From Bacteroidales bacterium UBA1715 (lineage in GTDB: Bacteria > Bacteroidota > Bacteroidia > Bacteroidales > UBA1715), in contig DCIX01000006.1 of assembly GCA_002317135.1 (NCBI GenBank), forward strand, positions 743-64,742: a stretch of DNA of 64,000 bases, given 5' to 3'. Under the pieces are notes generated by a model. That model saw only the letters and a list, made by a program, of their open reading frames with translations. It was not told where the DNA came from and did no database searches. Positions 18,761-28,736 of the stretch are shown here, piece by piece; the stretch's first letter is position 1, and every line of letters starts with the position of its first letter. Made by a program: the position numbers and the translations under genes.

Positions 18761-19969
18761 ATGAAAAAAAACAAATGTTCCTTCTGCGGACGTAGCGAAA
18801 ACGAAGTTCCATTCCTACTAACAGGTATAGATGGTTTTATTTGTAGCGACTGTGTATCTCACGCAAATGAAATTCTCGGTCAAATTAAACCAAAAGCAAA
18901 ACCTACCGCAGCAAAGAAAAATTTTGCAAAAATCAAACCTATTGATATAAAGAAACATCTTGACGAATACGTTATCGGACAAGATGAAGCAAAAAAATCT
19001 CTTGCAGTTGCCGTTTATAACCACTACAAACGAATTTCTCAAGAAGACACCTCGGATGTCGATATTGAAAAGTCAAACATTATCTTAGTTGGCGAAACAG
19101 GAACAGGAAAAACATTGTTAGCAAAAACTATAGCTAAATTCCTTGATGTTCCTTTTGCAATTGTAGACGCGACAGTTTTAACCGAAGCTGGTTATGTCGG
19201 CGAAGACATTGAAAGTTTATTGGTACGACTCCTACAAGCTACGGACTATGATGTTGAACGTGCAGAACAAGGTATCGTCTTCATTGACGAAATCGATAAA
19301 ATTGCAAGAAAAGGAGACAATCCTTCTATCACTCGCGATGTTTCTGGAGAAGGTGTACAACAAGGATTGCTAAAACTTCTTGAAGGTGCAGTGGTAAACG
19401 TACCACCACAAGGAGGCAGAAAACATCCTGACCAAAAGATGATTCAAGTAAACACTAAAAACATTTTGTTTATTTGTGGCGGTGCATTCGAAGGCATACA
19501 GAAAATTATCGCAAGACGAATGAATACACATACTGTCGGCTATGGTATGAAAGAAAAAAACAAAGCAATCGACAAGAACAATTTCCTTCAATATATTGTT
19601 CCACAAGATTTGCGTACTTTCGGTCTTATTCCCGAAATAATTGGCCGTCTTCCTATCTTAACTCACTTAAATCCATTGGATAGAGATGCGTTAAGAAACA
19701 TTCTAACAGAACCAAAGAATGCGATAATCAAACAATATGTTGAATTATTCAGACTTGACGGCATTGAACTAAAATTCGAAGACAGCGCTTACGACTACAT
19801 TGTAGACAAAGCTGTAGAGTACAAACTTGGTGCACGTGGACTTCGCTCTATATGCGAATCCATCATGCTTGACTATATGTACGAAGCTCCTTCAAAAAAA
19901 GAAAAGCAGTTAACTATAACAAAAGAACTTGCCGCTGAAAAATTTTCAAAAACTGAATTAACCATATAG
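18761..19969 (+). CDS. clpX: ATP-dependent Clp protease ATP-binding subunit ClpX
   Basis: 402 aa. N-terminal zinc finger is CSFCGR..CSDC. Walker A is GETGTGKT. It also has [10 protein letters not shown] and GARGLR. Confidence 0.95.
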   Translation: MKKNKCSFCGRSENEVPFLLTGIDGFICSDCVSHANEILGQIKPKAKPTAAKKNFAKIKPIDIKKHLDEYVIGQDEAKKSLAVAVYNHYKRISQEDTSDVDIEKSNIILVGETGTGKTLLAKTIAKFLDVPFAIVDATVLTEAGYVGEDIESLLVRLLQATDYDVERAEQGIVFIDEIDKIARKGDNPSITRDVSGEGVQQGLLKLLEGAVVNVPPQGGRKHPDQKMIQVNTKNILFICGGAFEGIQKIIARRMNTHTVGYGMKEKNKAIDKNNFLQYIVPQDLRTFGLIPEIIGRLPILTHLNPLDRDALRNILTEPKNAIIKQYVELFRLDGIELKFEDSAYDYIVDKAVEYKLGARGLRSICESIMLDYMYEAPSKKEKQLTITKELAAEKFSKTELTI

Positions 19970-19981
19970 AACACTCATACT

Positions 19982-21013
19982 ATGAACTTCAAACTCATAA
20001 AAAAATTAAGCGAAACAGCAGGTCCTTCTGGATTTGAAGATAAAATTAGAAATGTCATTACCGAAGAGATTTCTTCTTATGTCGATACCATTTCTACCGA
20101 CAACATGGGTAACCTTATTGCCTATAGAAAAGGTGTATCTGAGAAAAAACTTATGATTGCTGCCCACATGGACGAAATCGGTTTCATTGTTACGCACATC
20201 GACGACAATGGATTTCTAAAATTCACAACACTCGGTGGTTTTGATCCAAAAACACTAACAGCTCAACGCGTTATCGTTCATGGTAAAAAAGATATCATCG
20301 GTGTTATGGGAGCCAAACCTATCCATGTAATGACTCCTGAAGAAAGAGACAAAAAAGTAACAACAAAAGATTTCTTTATCGATCTTGGCCTTCCAAAAGA
20401 AGAAGTAGTAAAAATCGTAGAAGTAGGTACACCTATATCACGCGAACGAGAATGTATCGAAATGGGCGATTGTATTAATGGTAAGTCCTTGGACAACCGC
20501 ATTGCAAACTATATTTTGATTGAAGTAATTAAAAAGCTAAAAGAAAAAGAACTTCCATACGATACATACTTTACTTTCACGGTACAGGAAGAAGTTGGCC
20601 TTCGTGGTGCACAAGTTGCTTCTCTAAAAATTCAACCAGATGTAGCAATTGCACTTGATACAACTATTGCATACGATGTTCCTGGTAGTGTTCCACAAGA
20701 ACAAATAACAAAACTAGGTTCTGGTCCTGGCATAAAAATAATGGACTCTTCTGTTATCTGCAACACAAAACTAGTTTCATTCATGAAATATATTGCTGAC
20801 AAATACAGCATACCATTCCAATCAGAAATTATGCAAGGCGGTGGGACCGATACTGGCATGTTACAAAAAATGGTTGCTGGCGGAGCTATTGCCGGAGCAT
20901 TGTCTATTCCTACAAGACACTTGCATCAGGTTATTGAATCGGTACATAAAAACGATGTCGATAATTCCATTGATTTACTGTACCACATTACAAAATCAAT
21001 AAACAAAATCTAA
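19982..21013 (+). CDS. M42 family metallopeptidase (FrvX/glutamyl aminopeptidase-like)
   Basis: 343 aa with motifs AAHMDEIGF, SLDNR and FTVQEEVGLRGA. Confidence 0.9.
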   Translation: MNFKLIKKLSETAGPSGFEDKIRNVITEEISSYVDTISTDNMGNLIAYRKGVSEKKLMIAAHMDEIGFIVTHIDDNGFLKFTTLGGFDPKTLTAQRVIVHGKKDIIGVMGAKPIHVMTPEERDKKVTTKDFFIDLGLPKEEVVKIVEVGTPISRERECIEMGDCINGKSLDNRIANYILIEVIKKLKEKELPYDTYFTFTVQEEVGLRGAQVASLKIQPDVAIALDTTIAYDVPGSVPQEQITKLGSGPGIKIMDSSVICNTKLVSFMKYIADKYSIPFQSEIMQGGGTDTGMLQKMVAGGAIAGALSIPTRHLHQVIESVHKNDVDNSIDLLYHITKSINKI

Positions 21014-21020
21014 ATAGTAA

Positions 21021-21047
21021 CGATGCGGAAATCCGCATCGTTTTTTT
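21021..21047 (+). terminator. Rho-independent terminator
   Basis: Hairpin cgatgcgga-aa-tccgcatcg followed by ttttttt, 8 nt after the M42 stop. Confidence 0.8.
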
Positions 21048-21052
21048 ATTAT

Positions 21053-21193
21053 ATGGCAGACAATTTTCTAGAAAAGAAATTCGAAGAGTATCAAAAAAAG
21101 AAAGCGGAATACGAACGCCTAAAAAAATTAGGACTTGTAAAAAAACAAGTCAAAAATAATGGTTCCGAAAAGAACATAAAAAAGGCGGAATGA
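21053..21193 (+). CDS. Candidate small protein (46 aa, Lys/Glu-rich)
   Basis: Below the track cutoff; translated by hand as MADNFLEKKFEEYQKKKAEYERLKKLGLVKKQVKNNGSEKNIKKAE*. It starts 6 nt after the terminator T-run. There is no independent support. Confidence 0.3.
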   Translation: MADNFLEKKFEEYQKKKAEYERLKKLGLVKKQVKNNGSEKNIKKAE

Positions 21194-21345
21194 GTTAGCC
21201 TCGCCCCGCCATCCATTTAAATAATAATAAAGCGTAACAGTATTGCAAAGATACTCCTTTTTATATTACCTACAACTTTTTCAGAAAAAAAGTACGGATT
21301 TTTTTACGGCTTTGGTTTTAGGGTTTGAACATAAAGACAAATTCG

Positions 21346-21353
21346 TATCTTTG
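21346..21353 (+). promoter_or_regulatory. Candidate -7 promoter element (TAnnTTTG) upstream of the LytTR gene
   Basis: TATCTTTG lies 18 nt upstream of the ATG at 21371. It is part of a 10-bp inverted repeat with 21245-21254. Confidence 0.35.
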
Positions 21354-21370
21354 CCCCAAATTTCAACTAT

Positions 21371-22303
21371 ATGAGATTAATAGAATTTCAGCAGCAAAAA
21401 GAAATACCTGAACACTTATGCAACAAGTCAGGACTTGCAAGCCAAGTGATTTTCTCGACATTATTTGCTCTCCTATTCATCAACATATACAAACCATTTG
21501 CTTCAGAAAAATGGACTTCATTGTCTTCTATGAAGGAATACTCACAATGGATTGACTCTCCTATTGGGTATATGCTGTGGTCACTCGGAATTGTTGCTAT
21601 CGGTTTTTTTGTAATGGTAATCAGCAGGACACTCTTCTATTATTATGCAAAAAGACATAGAATATTCTATTGGGTATACGCCATCTGGCTTACAATAGAA
21701 TTGTCTGTTATGGCTTTAATCTACACTTTGATTGGCGTTTTTGCAATGAGAGGAACTACAGGTATCTCTACAGGAGACGAAGCCATGGATTTCTTTTTAA
21801 AAGCACTTTTCTACATTTTCTCTATTCTACTAATACCAACAATGCTTTGTTTCCTATATATGGCATTTATGAAGAAGAAGAAAGATCTACAAAAACTACA
21901 AGAAAAGATAAAAGAATCACCACAAGCAACAATAGACCAACCTTCTGTCCTACAATTTTGCGACGAAAAAGGCGAACCTAAATTTTCGGTAAAAGCAGAA
22001 AGTGTAATCTGGATTGAAGCTTCCGACAACTACGTTGTTATTAAATACCAAAACCAAGAAAAGATTTCTGAATTCTTATTAAGAAACTCACTAAAACGCC
22101 TTGCCGACGATTTCAAGGACACAACGTTATTCCGTTGCCACAGATCGTATATGGTTAATTTCAACCATGCCGTTGCATTACGAAAAGGAATGGACGGTCT
22201 TGTAATAGAACTAGACATTCATCCATTAAAGGAAATTCCTGTTTCTAAAACATACAAAGAGGAAACATCTACTGCTTTTATGCAGTACACTTGTAACAAA
22301 TAG
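21371..22303 (+). CDS. Membrane-anchored LytTR-domain DNA-binding protein
   Basis: 310 aa. The N-terminal half has about 4 hydrophobic helices. The C-terminal LytTR domain reads VIWIEASDNYVVIKYQNQEKISEFLLRNSLKRLADDF..LFRCHRSYMVNFNHAVAL. No receiver domain is present. Confidence 0.8.
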   Translation: MRLIEFQQQKEIPEHLCNKSGLASQVIFSTLFALLFINIYKPFASEKWTSLSSMKEYSQWIDSPIGYMLWSLGIVAIGFFVMVISRTLFYYYAKRHRIFYWVYAIWLTIELSVMALIYTLIGVFAMRGTTGISTGDEAMDFFLKALFYIFSILLIPTMLCFLYMAFMKKKKDLQKLQEKIKESPQATIDQPSVLQFCDEKGEPKFSVKAESVIWIEASDNYVVIKYQNQEKISEFLLRNSLKRLADDFKDTTLFRCHRSYMVNFNHAVALRKGMDGLVIELDIHPLKEIPVSKTYKEETSTAFMQYTCNK

Positions 22304-22313
22304 AAAGAGAAAA

Positions 22314-23009
22314 TTAGTTTTTAAGTTCCTCTTTAATAATATCAAAAACTTGTGCAGAAACTTTTCCTGCATCTGTTTCTTGTAATCCTTGCACCGATAC
22401 AGGTTTTCCAATATGAACAACCACTGTTGTTGGGTGAAAATGAATATTATCGCGAGACCAAGCAACCGCAGAATTCTTTATTGTAACAGGTACGATATCC
22501 ACTTGTGAAGCTATTGCAAACTTAAATCCACCTCTTTTAAAAGGACCAAGTTCACCCGTTTTCGTACGCGTTCCTTCTGGACACAAAGCAATATCCTCAC
22601 CTTCGGCAATCAATTCCTTAGCAACACGCATATTCGATGTCGTTTTCTGAGAATTTCCTCTATCAATGAAAATCATACGCATTTTTCTACAAGTATAACC
22701 TGTAAGAATATTACGATTCAATTCTTCCTTTGCCATAAAATGCAATGCTCTTTTGGTTCCCCACATCAAAGCTGGAATATCCAAAAAAGACGCATGATTC
22801 GCCATAAAAATATAGTGTTTATCTGAATCTATATTTTCTAAACCTTCTACTTTTATTCTACTCAGTGTTAGAAAAATCGTAACTGGAGACCATAGATAAA
22901 CAGCCAACCAAAGCGTTACTTTTGATGGCAAAAGCAGTGTTATTACATAACAGAATAAAACAAGCCAAATCGCCAGCAACAAAAACTGTATTAAATTGAT
23001 TATAATCAT
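22314..23009 (-). CDS. plsC: 1-acyl-sn-glycerol-3-phosphate acyltransferase
   Basis: 231 aa with an N-terminal TM segment. It has the HX4D motif NHASFLD, plus FIDR and CPEGTRT. Confidence 0.9.
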   Translation of the reverse strand: MIIINLIQFLLLAIWLVLFCYVITLLLPSKVTLWLAVYLWSPVTIFLTLSRIKVEGLENIDSDKHYIFMANHASFLDIPALMWGTKRALHFMAKEELNRNILTGYTCRKMRMIFIDRGNSQKTTSNMRVAKELIAEGEDIALCPEGTRTKTGELGPFKRGGFKFAIASQVDIVPVTIKNSAVAWSRDNIHFHPTTVVVHIGKPVSVQGLQETDAGKVSAQVFDIIKEELKN

Positions 23010-23074
23010 TCGTGTTCCCTTTCTATTTTTTTACAAAGAAAAGCCTATTTTTACAAAGAAAAAATTTTTTTTAT

Positions 23075-23773
23075 ATGAATGGTAAAATTTATCTGATTCC
23101 ATCGGAAATGGGCGAACAAAATCCAAACCAATTGTTTCCCGATTTCAACAAACAAATTATAATGGAAACCAACTACTATATAGTAGAAAACGCAAGAACC
23201 ATACGCCGATTCATAAAAAAAGTATGTCCAGAAAAAAACATCTCTGAAGCAATTCTTTTTGAAATAGACAAGCACTCTCCCGCATCGGAAATAGAAACAA
23301 TGATGAAACCGCTTTTCGAAGGTCATAATATTGGCATAATCAGCGAAGCTGGAATGCCATGCATTGCCGATCCTGGAAATTTAGTTGTTGCAAGAGCACA
23401 CGAAAAAGGTATACGAGTAATTCCACTAATTGGCCCAAACTCCATAATTATGGCATTGATATCGTCGGGATTCAACGGACAAAGCTTCGCTTTTCATGGA
23501 TATATTCCAATAAAAGACGAGCGCAAGAAAATGATTCTTCAAATGGAATCTACAGCAGCAAGAACAGGACAGACACAAATTTTCATGGAAACACCATACC
23601 GAAATCAACAATTGTTTGCCGACCTTATTTCATATTTAAGACCAACGACAAAACTTTGTATTGCCACAGACATAACGTTGAAAACAGAAGAAATCAAAAC
23701 AAAAACAATTTCCGAATGGAAAAAATGTATTCCTAATCTTCAAAAACGCCCATCAATCTTTTTAATTTATTAA
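23075..23773 (+). CDS. RsmI-like SAM-dependent methyltransferase (tetrapyrrole-methylase fold)
   Basis: The sequence GIISEAGMPCIADPGNLVVARAHEKGIRVIPLIGPNSIIMALISSGFNGQSFAFHGYIP matches the RsmI/YraL pattern. The start was set to the ATG at 23075 (MNGKIYLIP). Confidence 0.75.
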   Translation: MNGKIYLIPSEMGEQNPNQLFPDFNKQIIMETNYYIVENARTIRRFIKKVCPEKNISEAILFEIDKHSPASEIETMMKPLFEGHNIGIISEAGMPCIADPGNLVVARAHEKGIRVIPLIGPNSIIMALISSGFNGQSFAFHGYIPIKDERKKMILQMESTAARTGQTQIFMETPYRNQQLFADLISYLRPTTKLCIATDITLKTEEIKTKTISEWKKCIPNLQKRPSIFLIY

Positions 23774-23818
23774 ACTGCATCAAAAAAATTTGTATATTGC
23801 AATGCATAATTTCTAACA

Positions 23819-24199
23819 ATGGCCAGACAAAAAATCGAACTCGAATATGAAATGAATACGATGCCAAGCATTGTTTACAAAAAAGTTGCTACTCCAGAAG
23901 GACTTGCTACTTGGTTTGCCGACGATGCCGCTAGCGAAGATGGAGTAATCTTTTCTTTTTTATGGAGCAAAGAAGTTACCCATGCCATTGTCATTGAATC
24001 ACAAGAAAATCAATACATTCGATTCCGTTGGGAAGACGATGAAGAAGAAGATTATTTCGAATTTAAAATTGTAAAGTCTGATTTTTCAGGAAAATGTTCG
24101 TTATTTGTCATTGATTTCTCCGACGATGAAGAATACGACGATGTTGTTCGCCTTTGGAATTTTCAAATCGAAGGACTTAAACGAGTTTTGTCTGCTTAA
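23819..24199 (+). CDS. START/SRPBCC (AHSA1-like) small acidic protein
   Basis: 126 aa. PEGLATWFADD resembles START-like domain proteins of Bacteroidota. The assignment is weak. Confidence 0.5.
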   Translation: MARQKIELEYEMNTMPSIVYKKVATPEGLATWFADDAASEDGVIFSFLWSKEVTHAIVIESQENQYIRFRWEDDEEEDYFEFKIVKSDFSGKCSLFVIDFSDDEEYDDVVRLWNFQIEGLKRVLSA

Positions 24200-24209
24200 A
24201 TAGTAAATT

Positions 24210-25655
24210 ATGTTAGGTATAAAAAAACTGGATATTTTTATCCTAAAATCATATATACTACCATTACTTATCACATTTTTCGTCACAACATTTTTGTTGT
24301 TGATGCAATTTTTGTGGCGTTACATTGATGACCTTGTAGGTAAAGGACTTGAAATGAAGGTCATACTTGAACTATTCTTCTTCGCAGCAACTGGTCTTCT
24401 ACAAATGTCCCTTCCACTTGCTGTATTGTGTGCCTCTATTTTTGCATACGGAAGCATGGGCGACACCAATGAACTTATCGCAATAAAATCGGCAGGAGTT
24501 TCCTTGACAAGAATCATGATGCCACTTATTGTTTTCAATATTTTCCTTATGGGATTTTCATTTGTGTATGCAAATAATATTCTACCCTACTCAAATCTCC
24601 GTTTGTGGTCGCTTATGTTCGATGTAAGAAACCAACGACCAGAAATGAACATTAAAGAAGGTGTATTTTTCGACGGAATTGACCAGGTTCGACTAAAAAT
24701 ATCGTCAAAAAGCAAGGACAACAACATGATGTATGATATGATGATTTATGATCATCGCAATAATGCGGGAAATACAAATGTAATCATTGCCGATTCTGCA
24801 TCAATGAAAGTTACCGACGATAAACAATATCTTGTTCTTACATTATATAATGGAGAATCCTACGAAGACGTTATCGATAAGAGCAATATAGAAGAGTACC
24901 GAACAAAACGCCCATTTAGACAATACTCATTTGCCCAACAACAAGTATTGTTCGAATTGGAAGACTACGCATTCAGCAGAACAAATGTTGACCTATTTAA
25001 ACACAACTCGCAAATGCAGAACGTCTGGCAACTTGACTATATGATAGACTCGCTATCAGTCGATATTGCAGAACGAAATAGACGCTCTTTCTCGCAATAT
25101 TTTGTAAACTGTGTTTTCAAAACAAGAGCGACAAAAGACACCCTAAACGACACGGTACGAATTTCAAGAGATTTTTCTACGTTAACTGCCGTTGATCAAT
25201 CAACAATTGTATTAAAGGCACTCAACTCTGCACGATCATCAGAATCATACCTTCTTGCTGCTATACAAAATAAGACAGATCAAAAAATTAGCCTTAACAA
25301 ACTCAGGATTGAGTGGCACAAAAAATTCACGCTTGGATTCGCCTGCCTTATCATGTTCTTTGTCGGTGCACCATTCGGGGCATTAGTTAAGAAAGGAGGA
25401 TTTGGTATTCCAGTCATTGTCTCATTTGTTTTTTACCTATTATATTATGTAATGACAATGATTGGCGAGAAAGGTGTAAAAGCAGCGACAATGAGCACAT
25501 GGTTCGGCATGTGGTTCCCTGTCTTTATCATATTATTAATTGGCATATATCTAACTTATTTAGCAGTTAACGACAAGTCACTACCATCGTTAAAGCCTTT
25601 CACAAATGAGATAAGACAGAAACTACTCAAGAAAAGATTAAAAATGAAACAATAA
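24210..25655 (+). CDS. LptF/LptG-family (YjgP/YjgQ) permease
   Basis: 481 aa. It has 3 N-terminal TM helices, a large periplasmic insert, and 3 C-terminal TM helices. The N-terminus ILKSYILPLLITFFVTTFLLLMQFLWRYIDDLVGKGL is typical of the family. Confidence 0.8.
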   Translation: MLGIKKLDIFILKSYILPLLITFFVTTFLLLMQFLWRYIDDLVGKGLEMKVILELFFFAATGLLQMSLPLAVLCASIFAYGSMGDTNELIAIKSAGVSLTRIMMPLIVFNIFLMGFSFVYANNILPYSNLRLWSLMFDVRNQRPEMNIKEGVFFDGIDQVRLKISSKSKDNNMMYDMMIYDHRNNAGNTNVIIADSASMKVTDDKQYLVLTLYNGESYEDVIDKSNIEEYRTKRPFRQYSFAQQQVLFELEDYAFSRTNVDLFKHNSQMQNVWQLDYMIDSLSVDIAERNRRSFSQYFVNCVFKTRATKDTLNDTVRISRDFSTLTAVDQSTIVLKALNSARSSESYLLAAIQNKTDQKISLNKLRIEWHKKFTLGFACLIMFFVGAPFGALVKKGGFGIPVIVSFVFYLLYYVMTMIGEKGVKAATMSTWFGMWFPVFIILLIGIYLTYLAVNDKSLPSLKPFTNEIRQKLLKKRLKMKQ

Positions 25656-25666
25656 AATATTTAGAC

Positions 25667-26113
25667 ATGAAACTAACAAAACAAATAGCAGTTGATCTTA
25701 TGGCTGCAATGAAAAATCAAGAAAAAGAGAAACTAGATGCTCTTCGTGCACTTAAAACCGCATTTATCCTTGCAAAAGCAGAAACTGGTGCCGATGATTT
25801 AACAGATGACAACGAACTAAAAATCGTTCAAAAACTAATTAAACAACGAAGAGAATCCGCTGCAGAATACGAAGCAAACGGTAGAAATGATTTAGCAGCA
25901 AAAGAAAGTGCAGAAGCTGACGTACTTTCTGTATATCTTCCAAAACAATTAACAGCAGAAGAGCTACAACAAGCAATACAAGCAATTATCGCAGAAGTTG
26001 GAGCAACAAGCATAAAAGATATGGGTAAAGTTATGGGACTTGCAAGTAAACAACTTGCAGGAACTGCAGATGGTAAAGCAATATCTGAAGTAGTAAAGAA
26101 ATTACTTGCCTAA
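25667..26113 (+). CDS. GatB/YqeY domain protein
   Basis: 148 aa. Matching segments are AMKNQEKEKLDALRALKTAF, IKQRRESAAEYEANGRNDLAAKESAE and MGKVMG. Confidence 0.85.
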   Translation: MKLTKQIAVDLMAAMKNQEKEKLDALRALKTAFILAKAETGADDLTDDNELKIVQKLIKQRRESAAEYEANGRNDLAAKESAEADVLSVYLPKQLTAEELQQAIQAIIAEVGATSIKDMGKVMGLASKQLAGTADGKAISEVVKKLLA

Positions 26114-26137
26114 ACAATACAAACAGAATCAAAACAC

Positions 26138-26171
26138 AAGAGTGGTCCGCTATACGAGCCACTCTTTTTTT
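26138..26171 (+). terminator. Rho-independent terminator
   Basis: An 8-bp stem (aagagtgg / ccactctt) followed by a T-run. Confidence 0.65.
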
Positions 26172-26266
26172 ATGTAGATGCTCAAAAAGGTTTTTAAGAA
26201 AAATCTTGGACACATAAAAAAAATGTATTTTCTTTACGCACTATTTCGAGGAAAGGTATTTATTTT

Positions 26267-27244
26267 ATGAACTTCATAAAAAAATTAATACAATTATTTC
26301 TTACCTTGTCAACAATAAGTTTGTTGCCAAATATGGTTGCAGTTGCTCAACTCAACCCAAGAAGTACTTTATACTCTTTCCATCAATCCTCATATAACCC
26401 AGCCATTTGTGGTGCTTTCGATTACGGTAGTGCCAGCATGGTTATAAGAAATCAATACATGGGTTTTAAAGACAAATCTGGGCCTTCAACTTCTTGGTTC
26501 GATGTTGCAATGCCAATCAACTCTATAAAAAGCGGAGTCGGATTGTCAATAGCACAAACAAAAGAAGGTTTTGAAAAACACGTTTCAGCCAAATTAAACT
26601 ATTCATATCAACTAGAGCTTGGTACAGGAAAGTTAGGATTTGGATTAAGCGCAGGATTAAATAACGCATCTTGGGATTTAAGTTCTGCAATTTACCCAGA
26701 CGGTTCTTCCGACAGTTATATAGACAAAACTATTGGCTCGCAAGAACGATTCACGAACCTATTATTAGGATGTGGATTATTTTATCAAACAGGAGGACTA
26801 TACGCCGCTTTTGCCGTGTCTGAACTAAATCAGCCAAAACTAAAATCAGATAGTGAAAAGAGCGACTATATGAAGCGACACTACTGGCTATCTGCTGGTT
26901 ACGAATACAAAACAGCCAGTCCACTTTGGGTAATTTGTCCGTCAATGACACTCAAAACAACATTTTCCGATTGGCAAGCTAGTTTTGACCTACGAGCAGT
27001 GTATAAAAATCTAATTATTGCAGGTTTGTCATACACAAGTGCACATGACGTATCACTGAATGCAGGGGTACAATTCAAAAATGGTACAAAATTAGATGGA
27101 TTAAAAGCAATTTTCGCATACGATTTAGTTACCTCAAAAATCGGAACCGAAAGTGCTGGAAATCTTGAATTTATGATATCATACGATTTCAATTTATTTA
27201 TAGAAAAAGAAAATAAAAGTTATAAAAGTGTAAGATTTTTGTAG
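26267..27244 (+). CDS. porP: Type IX secretion system membrane protein PorP/SprF family
   Basis: 325 aa with a signal peptide. The family pattern is present: YNPAICGA, IRNQYMGF, GVGLSIAQTKEG, GKLGFGLSAG, HYWLSAGYEY, AGLSYT and a C-terminal LEFMISYDF. It lies immediately upstream of gldKLMN. Confidence 0.85.
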   Translation: MNFIKKLIQLFLTLSTISLLPNMVAVAQLNPRSTLYSFHQSSYNPAICGAFDYGSASMVIRNQYMGFKDKSGPSTSWFDVAMPINSIKSGVGLSIAQTKEGFEKHVSAKLNYSYQLELGTGKLGFGLSAGLNNASWDLSSAIYPDGSSDSYIDKTIGSQERFTNLLLGCGLFYQTGGLYAAFAVSELNQPKLKSDSEKSDYMKRHYWLSAGYEYKTASPLWVICPSMTLKTTFSDWQASFDLRAVYKNLIIAGLSYTSAHDVSLNAGVQFKNGTKLDGLKAIFAYDLVTSKIGTESAGNLEFMISYDFNLFIEKENKSYKSVRFL

Positions 27245-27294
27245 GATTTCAAAAAAAAACTATTAATTTGCGAATTATTTTAAGATGAATGCAT

Positions 27295-28692
27295 ATGAAA
27301 AAGTTATTGTTCTTTAGTTCAATCATCGCCTTAATGGTGAGTTGTTCTTCAAGTTATCAAAGCGGAGAATTGTCTGGTACGCAGTCAAGACCAGTTTGGG
27401 ACAATGAAGTTCCTTTCGGAATGTTATTTATCCCACAAGGAAGTTTGAATGTTGGACCTAGCGATCAAGATGTTGCTTGGGCTCAAACAGCACAAAACCG
27501 TACCGTTTCTGTACAAGCGTTTTGGATGGACGAAACAGAAATCACAAATAATGAATATCGTCAATTTGTTGATTGGGTAAGAGACTCATTAGCGTATGTT
27601 ACACTAAAAGAAGAAGCTGGTAAAGACGACTTATTCGTAACAGTTAATGAATTTGGTGAAGACTTAGACGATGAAGAACAATACATTGACTGGTCAAAAC
27701 CTATTGATTGGAACGAAACAGATAACCGTGAAGCATTATTATCATTCTTCTTGCAAGGCGATGAAAGATTCTACAAAAAACAAGAAATCGACACTCGCCG
27801 TTTGAATTTCACATTCTATTGGATGGATTTCAAACAAGCAGCAGAAAAGAAAAACGCGAATGGTAAAGTAAATAGAGCATATAACTACAAAACAGGTAAA
27901 TATGAAGGTACTGTTCACCGTACAGACGGAACTGATCAAGTTATCAAAGATAGATCTTCATATATTATAAAAGAAGAAATTAACGTTTATCCAGATACAT
28001 TATGTTGGGTTAGTGACTATACATATTCTTACAATGATCCAATGTCACAAATGTATTTCTGGCACCCAGCATACGACCACTATCCAGTAGTTGGAGTTTC
28101 TTGGAAACAAGCAGTTGCATTCAGTGTTTGGAGAACTCAACTAAAGAACGGATATTTAAGAAGTATGAAAAAAGTTATCGTAAACGACTACCGTTTACCA
28201 TCAGAAACAGAATGGGAATATGCTGCTAGAGGTGGTTTGGAATCTTCTCCATACCCTTGGGGTGGTAACTACACAAGAAACTACTTAGGTTGCTTCATCG
28301 CAAACTTTAAACCTCTTCGTGGTAACTACACTGATGATGGTGGTATCCAAACAGTTGTTGTAGGTCACTACGAACCAAACGAATGGGGTCTATATGATAT
28401 GGCTGGTAACGTTTCAGAATGGACACAAACAGCATTCGACGAAAGTGCATATAGCTTCACAGGTGATGTAAACACAGACAACTACTATAGCGCCGACGAC
28501 GATGATCCAATCGTATTGAAGAGAAAAGTTGTTAGAGGTGGTTCATGGAAAGACATCGCATACTATATGCAATGTAGTTCAAGAACATACGAATATCAAG
28601 ATTCTGCAAAATGTTACATAGGTTTCAGATGTGTTCAAACATATTTGGGTCGTGCTTATGGTGCAGATCAACAAGATTCACAAGTATATTAA
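27295..28692 (+). CDS. gldK: T9SS/gliding lipoprotein GldK (PorK), SUMF1/FGE-fold
   Basis: Lipobox is LMVSCSS. Matching segments are GELSGTQSRPVWDNEVPFGMLFIPQGS, YRLPSETEWEYAARGG, GLYDMAGNVSEW and VVRGGSW. The track start at 27289 is 2 codons upstream. Confidence 0.9.
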   Translation: MKKLLFFSSIIALMVSCSSSYQSGELSGTQSRPVWDNEVPFGMLFIPQGSLNVGPSDQDVAWAQTAQNRTVSVQAFWMDETEITNNEYRQFVDWVRDSLAYVTLKEEAGKDDLFVTVNEFGEDLDDEEQYIDWSKPIDWNETDNREALLSFFLQGDERFYKKQEIDTRRLNFTFYWMDFKQAAEKKNANGKVNRAYNYKTGKYEGTVHRTDGTDQVIKDRSSYIIKEEINVYPDTLCWVSDYTYSYNDPMSQMYFWHPAYDHYPVVGVSWKQAVAFSVWRTQLKNGYLRSMKKVIVNDYRLPSETEWEYAARGGLESSPYPWGGNYTRNYLGCFIANFKPLRGNYTDDGGIQTVVVGHYEPNEWGLYDMAGNVSEWTQTAFDESAYSFTGDVNTDNYYSADDDDPIVLKRKVVRGGSWKDIAYYMQCSSRTYEYQDSAKCYIGFRCVQTYLGRAYGADQQDSQVY

Positions 28693-28736
28693 TAGAAACA
28701 AAAAAATATTTACACACAAATTAATTCTTTAAAGTT

